Part shown: in pieces, positions 37,801-50,483 of the stretch
Layout of the letters: every line of letters begins with the position of its first letter
Position numbering within the stretch: position 1 is the stretch's first letter
Assembly: GCA_973895155.1 (NCBI GenBank)
Contig: OZ316894.1
Span: 24,116,709-24,180,708 of the forward strand
Origin: Marsupella aquatica
Taxonomy: Eukaryota > Plantae > Marchantiophyta
DNA: 64,000 nt
Reading direction: 5' to 3'
Notes under the pieces: generated by a model
What the model saw: the letters and a program-made list of their open reading frames with translations, nothing else
Database searches by the model: none
Told to the model about the DNA's origin: nothing
Made by a program: the position numbers and the translations under genes

Positions 37801-37957
37801 TCTAAATAAACCAGAGATCACACAGGTTTCTTGAGTTGTCAAACACCACACCTCTGCCCTCACTATGGGCTCTGCATACCAATTCCCATCTAATTTCAGT
37901 TGATCATTTAAGATTTCCTTGATAGGCCTGGTATCTGAACCATATTTCACCACATCA
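34876..37957 (-). pseudogene. P-element/THAP9-like DDE transposase, decayed, 5'-truncated by CACTA-2
   Basis: Motifs in P-like order: LAEDET (D1), GHASDGD (D2), DQDFI(N)NGKKL (DxxH-type), DRQNWASAQRL, and LTGSDACEQFFS (E, read between annotated ORFs near 35870-35905). Several stops and frameshifts. Confidence 0.75.
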
Positions 37958-38000
37958 CACTAGAAGAAAACAGGGCCCTTTATGACCAATCACCCAAAAC

Positions 38001-39789
38001 CACACGATTTCGGACCGACCGAGAAGTGTGTCGGAGTTCTTGTTTAGCCCGATCCCGTTTTTTTCTAAGGCAATGCAATGACCGATAAAACTGGCAAAAA
38101 CTCTCCGAAATGCCACTTTCCTCCATTGCATCGCCGCGGGAATGCAGGGAGCGATACGTGCATCAGGTTTTACATTCCATCAGTGAAAAAGTCCGAACTG
38201 CGAGTAACTTGGTCCGAACCGTGTAATCCAGGAACGGCCATGCACTAACCCAGGTAAAGGGGAAACTTAACCATGGTTAAGGGGAAATTAACCATGGTTT
38301 AGAGCGTCTCCTATATAAGAGGAGCGGGCTGCCCATAAAACGTTTGCTTTTGCCAGAGAAAATATCTCCTGACTAAGAGCGAATACCAAACTCCCATCGA
38401 GTCTTACATTCCTCCCAAGCGATTCGACTCTTTCTACCGAAAACCCGATAAATTTATCGGAACAGCCATTCCTGTTCAAGTTCTCCATGTAAGACTAACT
38501 AGTCATTTAGTGTAAAATGTCCAGATCCGAGCGGACTGCGATAAATTTATCGCATTTTGCATTCCTCGATTGCAATCATTTGATCCAGTGTTTAGAGAGG
38601 TGTTGCCTTCATTCCGATAAATTTATCGGAGTCTTCATTCCTTTCATGGAAAGAGGAGTAATTGAGAATCCGATAAATTTATCGGAGTTGTCATTTTTGT
38701 GAAAGATTGAATTCAGGGCTTAGGTGTCTGAGGAAGTCATATTTTCAATTCGAATGCGGAGTGCAATAAACTTATCGCATCCTCCTGTGCGAAAAACTTA
38801 TCGGCGGTGGCCCTTTTATAGTGTCTATTGAGGGGTTGGCCCACGTGTCCACTTTTGATTGGCTGTCACCCTAAACGACAAAATAGCAGAAAAGGGTATA
38901 TTTCTTGGATTTCCAATTTCATTCTCACACGTGCATCGTGGCAAAATTATATAGTTTTGAAATTGAAGCGATAAATTTATCTGATGTTGGTATTGCAAAA
39001 GTGGTTCCTTCATATGGAAGTTGCAATTTGAAATTGAAGCGATAAATTTATCTGATGTTGGTATTGCAAAAGTGGTTCCTTCATATGGAAGTTGCAATTT
39101 TGAAATTGAAGCGATAAATTTATCTGATGTTGGTATTGCGAAGAGTTTTCTTCATATGGATAGGAATTTTGAAATTTAACCGATGAACCGAAGGATCTTA
39201 GTATTGTCGACTTGTATTTTTGTCGCCCGTAGTTTTTGCGATAATTTTATCGGACTGCGCATTGTTGTTGAAAGAATGGCATGTTGACTATGGTCACTTG
39301 CGGAGGTAACTGGTCAATTGCGGAGGTAACTGCAAGGTAACTTTGACGAACCGTGCAGTAATTCTTATCGATTGTGATGTAAAATATTTTTGGTAAATAT
39401 CCAAAAACTGAGAAAACTAAGATTGGGTCGAAGCTTTCATGGCTCAAATCCGGAGTCCGATACAGTTATCGCACTTGGCTCGAAACGTGGATATGGATTT
39501 ATAGATAAGACCTTTCATATATCTTCGGAGAGCGTGAATATGAGGTTGAGGAGAAAGTTTTTCGGATCTAATTGTTCCTTGATAATATGAATGTTTGTTA
39601 GCATGAATTTCATTGGTTTTGATCATTATTAAATTTGCTGTTTCAATCCGAACTCCGATACAAATTATATTATTTCCCCAAAAACATGTTTTTGATGAAA
39701 AAAACTGCCGATTTCGCGAGATTCGACGGAAAATGAAAATACACTTCTCGTTTAGAGGAAATAGTTCTCGTTCGGTCCGAAATCGTGTG
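38001..39789. mobile_element. Non-coding TIR element (1.8 kb), superfamily unassigned
   Basis: 25-bp TIRs: CACACGATTTCGGACCGACCGAGAA (38001) and TTCTCGTTCGGTCCGAAATCGTGTG (ending 39789), one mismatch. No TSD is visible. Confidence 0.85.
38958..39160. repeat. 71-72-bp tandem repeat, about 3 copies
   Basis: aattgaagcgataaatttatctgatgttggtattgc occurs at 38961, 39032 and 39104. Confidence 0.95.
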
Positions 39790-40114
39790 CAATGACGAAG
39801 ATGAATAAATGACCAAAATTTCTAATGACACAAAAAGAATGACAGGGGAATGACTGTCCACAATGACCAATAGACCACAATGACAAAATGTTAACTTTTG
39901 CGTCATTTTGTATAATGTCTGTAATGACTGATGCGACCAAAATGACCCAATTTCCTTAAATGGTCAATTTAGATACATGTCCTAAATGACACAATTAATA
40001 ACAACAATGATAAATCAGTGTTAAGCAACATTATAGTCACTTTGGACAACGGTGATAAATGACAAAAAATGTATTACCGTCATTTTAACCAACGGTGTTA
40101 AATGACGGTAATAT

Positions 40115-40535
40115 AGGGTCAATCTGAAAATGAGAATATATCAGTGTTTACAACAATATATTGTCATTATGGATTTCTCCCATAAATGACTAACTCTAGG
40201 GTCAATCTTGAAATTATGACATATCAATGTTTACAAGAACATACCGTCATTATGTACTTCTCTCATAAATGACTAACTCCAGAGTCAATCTTGAAATTAT
40301 GATATATCAGTGTTTACAAGAACATACCGTCATTATGGACTTCTCTCATAAATGACTAACACCAGAGTCAATCTTGAAATTATGATATATCAGTGTTTAC
40401 AAGAACATACCGTCATTATGGACTTCTCTCATAAATGACTAACTCCAGAGTCAATCTTGAAATTATGATAAATCGGTGTTTACAACAACATACTGTCATG
40501 GACTTATTGCATAAATGACTACTTATAGAGTCATT
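40115..40535. repeat. 83-bp tandem repeat, about 5 copies
   Basis: tcagtgtttacaa-like anchors at 40141, 40224, 40307, 40390 and 40473. Each unit has GTCAT..ATGAC inverted pairs. Confidence 0.95.
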
Positions 40536-40659
40536 AAAGAACCCAAGAGATATGAAGATTAAAATACTCAATAGTCATTCCAGACACCGGTCATAATTGT
40601 AGAGTCATTGATATAGTTGATAACCCTTCCACTAAGTGCGGGACATAATAGTCATCATT

Positions 40660-43600
40660 GTCCTCCCATTGGTTGCAGCATTAGCAATTTGAACACATGT
40701 CTTGCATTTACTTTAGGCATGATGCACCTAGCTTTGGGGAAATCACTCCCAAGTCATACACCTTTGGAGTGATTTTCCAGAAGTGTCATCATATATAGAT
40801 GCACGCATACTATCGTATCCAAAGGCAAATGAAACATTTTTGTCTCTCCAAGAAGTAGGGCAATACCAATGGAAGGTTGTCATCCTTTGTTGTAATTGTG
40901 TCATGTTTGTGCCGGTGTTTGGATGGGGAATATTTTAATTTGCAAATAAATAGTGATGGGGCATTCAAGGAGCTAGTGTAATCTTTATTGGGTCATTTCA
41001 AAAAATATTTGCATCACAAATACCAATGACTACAAGTAGGGTCATTAAATTTGTCATATGGACTGTGATATAAGTCAAGTGACTGGACTTGTGGTCATTT
41101 GTGTGGTCTCTCATGCAGTCATTAAACACAAGCACAAATGACCAGTTTGGGGCTAGGGGCTGGAGGTGGGCCCTAGAGTGCCATGGGCCCCCACATAGAG
41201 GTGAGAACCCCTCCACTGGGTGTGGGACACTATACTCATCATTGTCCAACCACTAGTTGCGACATAAACACTTTGGACACATGTTTTTGCGTTTACTTAA
41301 GGCATGATGCACCTTTGGGGAAATCACTCCCAAGTCGTACGACTTTGGAGTGATTTGCCAAAAGTGTCACCATGCATGCATACCATCACATCCAAAGGCA
41401 AATAAAAGTTGTTTTTTGGTTCTCCAAGAGGTAATGTTGCACCAATTGAAGGGGTAGGGGAGTTGTGCTTCTCAGTATGGTGTGGGTGTGGGATTAGGGA
41501 AGAGGAATATTCCAATCTTGTAAGGAATCTAAAGTTGGCTCTCTTTGGAGGTACTAGGGCCTTTATTGGGTCATATGTGAGCAATGGCCCATCATTAATA
41601 CCAATGACTAACAGTAGGGTCATTAAAACTGTCATATAGAGAGTCATATCAGTCTAATGATTGGATTTGTGGTCATTTGAGGGGTCCCTCATGCAATAAT
41701 TAAGGAAAAGCACAAATGACCAGTTTGGGGCTAGGGGCTAGAGGTGGGCCCTAAAGTGCCATGTGGCACCACATAGAGCTCGCAACCCCTCCACTAGGTG
41801 TCAAATACTATAATTACTATTCTCCAACCACTAGTTGCACCATTAGCAGTTTGGAGCCATGTTTTTGTGTTTACTTAAGGGATGATATAATCTTGAGGAA
41901 ATCGTTCCCAAGTCATACGACTTTGGAGTGATTTGCCAAAAGTGTCACCATTGATGCATACCGTCCTATCTAAAAGGAAATGAAGCCATTTTTTTGTCTC
42001 TGCAAGAAGTAGTGCAAGGCTGTTGTCCTTCCATGTAATTGTGTCATGTTTGTGCCGGTGTTTGGATGGGGAATATTCTATTTTGCAAATGAATAGTGAC
42101 GGGGCACTCAAGAAGGTAGTGTAATCTTCATTGACTCATTTCTGAAAAAATTGGTGTCATAAATACCAATGACTACAAGTAGGGTCATTAAATCTGTCAT
42201 ATGGACTGTCACATAAGTCAAATGACTGGATTTGTGGTCATTTGAGGGGTCCTTTGTGCAATCATTAAGCAGAAGCACAAATGACCAGTTTGGGGTTAGG
42301 GGCTGGAGGTGGGCCCTAGAGTGCCATGGGGCCCCACATAGAGCTGAGAACCCCCTCCACTAGTTGCGGGACACTATACTCATCATTGTCCAACCACTAG
42401 TTGTGCCATGAACACTTTGGACACATGTTTTTGCGTTTACTTAAGGCATGATGCACCTTGGGGAAATCACTCCCAAGTCATACAACTTTGGAGTGATTTG
42501 CCAAAAGTGTCACCATGGATGCATACCACCGTATCCAAGCGCAAATGGAGCCATTTTTTTGTCTCTCCAAGAAGTAGCACAACACCAATGGAAGGTTGTC
42601 ATCTTGTGATGTAATTGTGTCATGTTTGTGCCGGTGTTTGGATGGGGAATACTCCATTTTGCATATGAATAGTGTCGGGGCATTGTGAGTAGGTGTTGTA
42701 ATCTTCATTGGGTCATTTTGGAGGAATAGTGTGTCATAATGCCAAAGACTGCAGTAAGGGTCATTTTTGCAGTCATTTTGGAAGTCATTTGTGCACAATG
42801 ACTGCATATGGGGTCATTATAGAGGTCCCTCATGGTGTCATTATGGACCATCAGAAATGACCATTTTGAGTCTAGGAGCTTAAGGTGGCCCTAGTGTGCC
42901 ATGGGGCCCTACATGAAGGTGGCAACCTCTCCACTAGGTGCAGGGTACTATACCCACTATTCTCCAACCACTAGTTGCACCATGAACACTTTGGAGCCAT
43001 GTTTTTGCATTTTGTTAAGGCATGATGGAACCTTGGGGAAATTACTCCCAAGGCATACGGCTTTGGAGTGATTTGCCAAAAGTGTCACCATGGATGTATA
43101 CCACCACATTCAAAGTTAAATAATAATTGATTTCTTGTTCTCTAAGAGTAAGCGCAAAACCAATGGAAAGTTGTTGTCCTTCGATTTAACTATGTCATGT
43201 TTGTGCTGGCGTTTGGGTGAGGAATATTCTATTAAATTGCTAAGGATTTGCCAGGGGCCACTCCGATAGGTAGTGTAATCTTCACTGGGTCATTTTGGAG
43301 GAATGGTGTGTCATTAAAGCCAATGACTACCATATGGGTCATTTTGGCAGTCATTTGGACCAAATGACTGCATACCTGGTCATTACAGAGGTCCCTCATG
43401 GTGTCATTAAGGACCAACCTAAATGACCAGTTTGGGGATAAGGGCTGGAAGTGGGCCCTAGACAGCCATGGGGCCCTACATGGAGCTGGCAACCTTTCCA
43501 ATAGGTGCGGGACACTATACTTACTATTCTCCAACCACTAGTTGCACCATGAGCACTTTGGAGCCATGTTTTCGCAATTACTTAAGGGATGATGCAACCT

Positions 43601-44085
43601 TGGGGAAATCACTCCCAAGTCATACAACATTGGAGTGATTTTCCAAAAGCACCATCATGGATGAATATGTTATGTTCCAAAGGCAAATGGAGCCATTTGT
43701 TTGTTCCTCCAAGAGGTAGTGCAACACCAATGGAATGGGCGTGGTAGTGGTGCTTCCCTCTATGGTGTGTGTGCTGGTTAAAGGTATAGGAATATTCTAT
43801 TTTTGCATTGAACCTAGAGTGAGCTCTCTCGGGAGGTACTAGGACCTTCATTGGGTCATTTTTGCACAAAGTTGTGTCATAAGTTCCAATGACCACAAAT
43901 AGGGTCATTACATATGTCATATGGACTGTCACATAAGTCAAATGACTGGATTTGTGGTCATTTGAGATGTCCCTAGTACAGTCATTGAAGACGAGCATAA
44001 ATGACCAATTTGGGGCTAAGGGCTGAAGGTGGGCCCTAGAGTGCCATGTGGCCCACATAGAGCTCGCAACCCCTCCACCAGGGTA
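40660..44085. repeat. ~570-580-bp tandem array, 6 diverged copies (partial copies continue to ~45050)
   Basis: The anchor ccactagttg recurs near 41250, 41828, 42394, 42968 and 43535. Each unit has aaatcactcccaag..tttggagtgattt and aaatgaccagtttgggg..gtgggccctag (with substitutions). Confidence 0.95.
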
Positions 44086-46717
44086 TTTTCTATTAAATTG
44101 CAAAGGAATTGTAAGGGGGCACTCCTAGAAGGGGCGACGACTGTTGAGGGGATCTGATAGAAAGTTTTTGAGGCATCCTCTGATTGATAATGAGGTTGTT
44201 CGTGCCTCAAGATTTGTAGATGAGGAGGCTGAATCAACATCGAGATATGAGAGTAGTGAAGTATCTACTAGCGAGGAAAGCATAGAGAATTCAGGTTCCG
44301 ATAGTTCTATTGATGTTTAGTCAGGATTAGATGACTATCGATTTTGTCCAAATCTTCTTGATATTTCCTCATCCTTGTGGATAAATATCACTTTAGAAAG
44401 AAGTGGTACTTTTAATGTATTTGAGAATGGAAAATTAGTTATGTATCATCTCAAGTCATCTCAATAAAATACTATTGGTACTATTTTGGTTCATAGGGTT
44501 TTGGATATGATAGAACAATTTTTGCTAGCGAGGTTTGCTAGCAACTTTCATGATGGATTGAATAATTGATATTAGTTTTTTTCTGCCAAATAATGAAGTT
44601 AAATGTGAGGTTTTGCTTCGCTAGCAATGGCTCTGTCTCGCTATTAGTATATGTTTTTCCTATCTGCTTTCTCCTTTTTACTAACATTGTTAAAAGCCCC
44701 CTATATAACTATGTCATGTTTGTGCCGATATTTGGATTTTGGATATATTCTATTAAATTCCAAAGGAATTGTAAGGGGGCACTCTGAGAGGTAGTATACT
44801 CTTCATTGGGTCATTTTCACATAATGTCTGTCATTAATGCCAATGACTACAATAAGGGTCATCTTGGTAGTCATATTGGAGGTCATTTGGAGCAATTGAC
44901 TGCATATGTGATCATTAATGAAAACACCTCAAATTAGGGTAATCTTGGTTGTCATACTAGAGGTCAGAAGTACCAAATGACTGGAAATGTGGTCTTTACA
45001 AAGGCTACTGGGGGGTTCTCTTTGGAGGTACAAGGGAGTTCATTGGGTCATTTGTGAATTAAATGGTGCTTCAATTTGAGGACTAAACATGGGGTCACTC
45101 ACGCTGTCTTATTGGAAGCCATTAATGTTGGCATATTGGAGGTCCTATTAATTTTTTGTTACCCAACAACTAGTCGTATCCTTAGTCGCCCGCCGTACAT
45201 TGGGTCATTTAGGTGGGGCCCTCTTTAATTTGGATATACCACAACCTTCATTGGGTTATTTGCAAACCAATAATAATTCATTAGTTGCCACACAAATGTG
45301 ATTTCCACAATTAGTCTAACCATAGTTAAGAGTTAATGCATAACAATATCCATGGCTTATGGTGGTCATATATAATACCAGATTGGTTGCACATAGGGAG
45401 TTGCAAGTTGGGCGAGAAGTTGGGAGGACATACATTTAGGTACCAAAGGTAATGATGGGTGCATTGGGTGGAGTCTAACTGTGGTCATACTCAGGTGTCC
45501 AAGGAAGGCATATGAGGCCCTAGCAAGGCCACAAGGGGCTCAACTTTTGTGACCAAAGCTTTCTGGTCTCAAACGTATTTAGTTATGGTCTTAAAGTGGA
45601 TTTAGTGTGAACCATATGTTGAGGTTGAGGTTATGAGGCAGCATGGTGAACTTGAAGTTGGAGTTTAACCCTAAGACTTAATCAGAGCATCTTCAAAGGT
45701 TACTATGTCCCCAAAGTTACTATGCGCAACGGGACCTTTGGGGAAGAGCACAAGTCGTGAAATGTAGGGTCACTAGAAGGAAATGATGTTTTTATTACTG
45801 AAAAAATGACTAGCTTATGAGTGGTTTGGGACAATTTACAACTCATTCATTTGAGTTCACAAAGGCAAGTCGCTTTGGTATAGTAGTCCTTTTGGACATA
45901 GAGTTGTTTTTATCAACAACTGCAAATTGCAGGTTGTTTATGACACCGTCCATTGGGAGACTGACGGTCTTAAATAACTCAAAATCTTAGTTGAATTGTG
46001 TTTCGTTAAAAAGAACTGATGGTCTTAAATAACTTAAAATCAGAGTTGAATTGTGTTATGACTCATCAAATAAGGAAACGACATGTGTCTAAAGCCATCA
46101 AATAGCATTTAGACACGTGGAAGGTCTGAGCCACACAAACCAAATTACAAGTGGACACGTGTCTCCTTTATATCATCCCAGCAGCCAACAGGTGACACTT
46201 TGATAGCTTAATTCCTAGTAGGGTACACGTGGAGATAATTGTAGTTATTTAGGACATGTTTATAATGACTACTATCGGAGTGATTTTGTTGATGTCTTAT
46301 ATTACCAATATTTGAGTCTTTTCTGCTCAGTCATTTATGACTTCATGGAAGTTATTTAGTTAGTCCTTTGTGTCATTTCATAATTGGACCAATTCTCCCA
46401 ATTGGTCCTATTTCCAATCATCCTGACAAATTGTCTAGCTAGAAAGACATGTCTTAGAAATCAACTGCAAGAGGATATATACATTGCAAATATACACAAA
46501 AAGCCATTGAATGAATATAAAATTCTGCATAGAGACTGTAGACTTCATTTCACCTCCAATGTACAGGTGATCGACTGTTCAGAATCACAGTAAAGTATTT
46601 CCTGGATGAACTAATCACAAAACAAGTCTATTGGCCAACTCAGCTTGTGCATCAAAACTACTCGAGCTTGAACCAAAGAGCTCAAGTCACTACATTCTAT
46701 CAAAAAACAACTCCTTG

Positions 46718-49700
46718 CTACTTCCTCATCAACTTCTGGTACCACAAGAAATGTCTGTCGCCCACATCCTTCAGAAATTTGACCTGAGAGTTTGGATGCT
46801 CTTTCTCAAGTAGAGGTGCATCCTGTTCAAACACCTCATTTGCAATCACGATCAAATGTCCTGGTGGAATTTCATTGCCATTGTAAAAATCTTGCCCCCA
46901 GACTCCCTGCACTGTTGCAAGAGCAACAACCCGAGAGTCCACTGGGGACTTCAATTTCACCACGTCCCCAATCTTGAACTGCCAGCAGTAAATCAATATA
47001 TTACGGCTAATTTAATGAGAGACCATATTTTTAATCTGCGGTGCCAATGAACCCTTGGCTTGCAACAATACTGATGCGCGCCATTTCAAGGGATGTAATC
47101 ACTGCTAAGTGAATCATGCATAATGCAGGATAGTGAACAGATGCAAAATGATAGTAATTAATTTAGAAAAGGAGAAATCTATGAAGATTGTCACCTTCAA
47201 CACAGTTGGTGAAGACGCTGACTTCAGAACATCCGTACTTAGAGGTCTTGAAGGGGTTGGGTGTTCTGAGATTGTTTCATTGCCCTCTTCAAGAGCCTGC
47301 ATGATTCCCACCTTTGGCATCTGATCAAATGAAAAATTAGACAAACTTAGACTGAGAGCATAGAGTCAGGTGTGCATATATATTGGACTGAAAAAAATTC
47401 TACATACTGTGCATATTCCACTCGAACATCCACCATCCACGTACAAGACATAGAGCTAATTTGTAAGAACACAGGCCTGAGAAAACTTTGAATGTACACA
47501 ATTCCTGAGCCCCTGCGCTAAGCACCTTGTCACAAAGTTTGCATCTATACTATGAGATAGTTGAGTGCAGCACACAAACCTTACCTTTCCTTTAGGTTTT
47601 CGGCCCTTGCCTGTCTTAGGAGTTAGTTGAGGTGAACTGGAGATAAGGACCTTTGTGGGATCATCTAAGACCTCCTGCTTTACAGTCACAGAGTGACTAT
47701 ACTCCGCATCGTCCATCAGGTCTTTCTGCTCCGCACCTTCCTCACCGACATGGACATATATTATTCAATTTTTCAGATGATCGAAATGCTTTTACAAATC
47801 ATTTGCATTACAATGATTTTACAAAATTAAGCTCTTAATTTTCGATCACCCAGAGCAAATGGTCATGACCTAGCTTAGAGTACAAATTAGACAGACATAC
47901 CCTCTTTGGACAGATCCACAAAATTCAACTTCATTGCAGAACTCTTTGGTGCTGAAGTGCCCGATGCAGCCTTAATTGTGGAAGTGGGTAGGCTTGACGT
48001 ACCAAGTGCTCCAGGTCCACCACCCCCCTCTTGGGAAGCTTCAATATTGATACCTACCCCTCCTACATGAGATGTCTCCTTCTGATGCAAAACACTCATA
48101 TGTTGCTGGTAATTTCCCAAGCTCTCTGCAATTGTCTTAGCCACCAGTGCCAACCCAGCAGCTAAAGTAGTATTGATAGAACTGGTTATTTTCTCACAAA
48201 TCACTTCATCATTTCGCTCAACTACAAGGTTGGATACAGGTGTCTGGAAAACCACAGTGAGTAAAAAAATTAGCCATATACAGCCACTTTGTGTCCTCTT
48301 AAAATATTACCCGAGACAGGTGTACTTACAATATGGAAAGGAAGAGAAAGAAACTCACGATTGAGTTCCTCCCTAGCTGGTGAGCAGGTGTACCAAGGAT
48401 GGACTTAGTACTTGCCAAGGATGGGCTTACATCTGACCTCCAACCCAAACCATTTGCTTTGTCATCAAAAGGATTAGGTCGAAGGTCTGATAGACCTGGG
48501 CTATGACCTCTCTGCCTCTTCTGAAAAAGGCAGGAACAACTATCAGCACAATAATGCAATCAAACATTTATCAGCACACTCAGAGAATGTATGGCACAAA
48601 CTGAAAGATGATCATGTCATAAGGGTTAGCACACTCACATAAATTGCCTCCCTCCCACGATAGCCACCTCGTCCAACTTTAGATGGATTCTTCACTTCTG
48701 CTCTCGCTCTAGTCATTTTCTGAATGTTGGTTAGTCCTTCTGGGGACAACCACCACTCACAAAGTGTTTTCCATTGCTCAGGCTTGACATTTTCAGGAGG
48801 CTTCTTGTCCAAGCGCTTCCCAATCGCTTGAAAATGCTTGTGAAGTTTTGCACGTTGAGCCTTCATTATTTTTGACAAGTGGGACCTGAACTTCTTCTCA
48901 GACAAAGTCCCCCCTACATACTGCCAATTAGTAGCCATCACATCATACAAATGGATAATAATGTCCTTGTCTTGCTTAGCAATGTTACGCACGGAAGGGT
49001 CGAGTCTGCCAACACAAGCTGCACGAAGGTCGTCTGCCCAACGTCCCCGGAACTGGTCACTTGCATCAATATCGTCATTCCAAATCTGCACACGAGACAT
49101 CATTGTCGATTGTGATTGATTCAAACTAACCGATGCTGTCAGTAGGATAAAGGTCGGGGCTGTTTCCAACTTCTATTTAAAAATTGGCAAGCATCCTATT
49201 TTGATCCTATGTTGATCTGCTAGAAGAGTTTGAATTAAAGTTGGCATGATACCTGAATACTTGCTTTCTTCATGCCCATTTTACTTCGCTCAGCTGTGTG
49301 ATCCACCCAATGTTTCTTTGCAGCTCGAGACATCTGCCGCATAATTGACTGTTGGGACGGTCCACTTGCACTGGCCATCATAGCACTTCCCTGAGGGATA
49401 GGGGTCACTACAATATCAAAGATTTACATCTTAGTTCAGACTTAGAATTTGCCACCAATATACTTGAACCCTGACTTGAACTTGGCATTAAGCCTTGCAA
49501 CGTACATTGACAAGTAATTAACAGCCATGGTCATCCCATCATATTTTACATTCAATCACAATCATAGGCTGTGTCATATTCAAATTCATACATAGCTAAT
49601 GTAAAGAAGCTAGTATAGGTGGAAACTTACGCAAGCTGACAACTCCCGTGATGGGATCTTTATAATACTTAGTAGAGGTGTGTGAGACAGCCTAAAACAA

Positions 49701-50456
49701 TATACAGTCAACAATCAGTACATTTACTAAATATCTTCAATATTCTTATAAGTTGCGGACATATTTCATATATTAGTAAGATATAGCACCATAATTGGTG
49801 TCCTTCACAGCACAGCAAAAAAATGAAAAATTAATTAGACACGTACCCCTGCGCGTTGTTTGTCCCCAATGGTTATCTCGTCGTCACAATTCCCCCAGTC
49901 GGCGCCTCCCTCATTCTCAGAGTCACTGTAAGGTGTACCTTCTGACCGCTCACTGCCCTCAATATCTGAGCCGTTGTCTGCCATAGTTGGTATGTTCATC
50001 GCTTGCTGCCTTGCACTCTTCCTTGTTGGTAGAGAAGGTACCTGCAATTGCGCTGGTTTCTTTCTATAAACACGTTTTGTTTTGCTTCTTCCCACACCTT
50101 CTGAACTGCCTTTCATCAACCCAAACTAATGTTAATTAATGTCATTCATGCAAATTTTCAAAGGCCACATTATTTAACAATGCCAATAGCAATTCCCAGG
50201 CCACTGGACGCATTCAAATTCTACTCTAATGTTAATCATATAAAGATTGACATAAGGTGGACTACCAAAGTTGGGAGGGACTATATATTCAAGACCTGTT
50301 CAAATCTGCCGCAGATTTTCCAATCACAGCTGCAATGAAGGCGTTGTTTGCTTTTATGTTCCTCAATCTCTCCAACTCATAGGCCGTGAGTTCAGCATTT
50401 GACTCTTCTGGGGACTCATCAGCCGAATCCAAGACCGAATCACTTGAGTTCTGCAT
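46718..50456 (-). CDS. CACTA TnpA/TNP1-like multi-exon gene
   Basis: ATG at 50456 with exon ..ELTAYELERLRNIKANN; central exon RWADDL..LDPSV..WQYVGG..QWKTLCEWW..KMTRAR..GRGGY; last exon VALATV..GNEIPPG..V..DAPL..FLW. Exon structure and intactness are not fully resolved. Confidence 0.8.
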
Positions 50457-50483
50457 CCACACACTACCAACATAGCCACACGG

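Noticed and set aside
40115-44085. CRISPR-like arrays with hairpin-containing repeats
   Set aside because: Whole units repeat with no unique spacers, there are no cas genes, and the context is eukaryotic.
44120-44705. AT-rich interruption of the satellite as a separate TIR element
   Set aside because: Only a weak GGGGC/GCCCC terminal match, with no convincing TIR or TSD.
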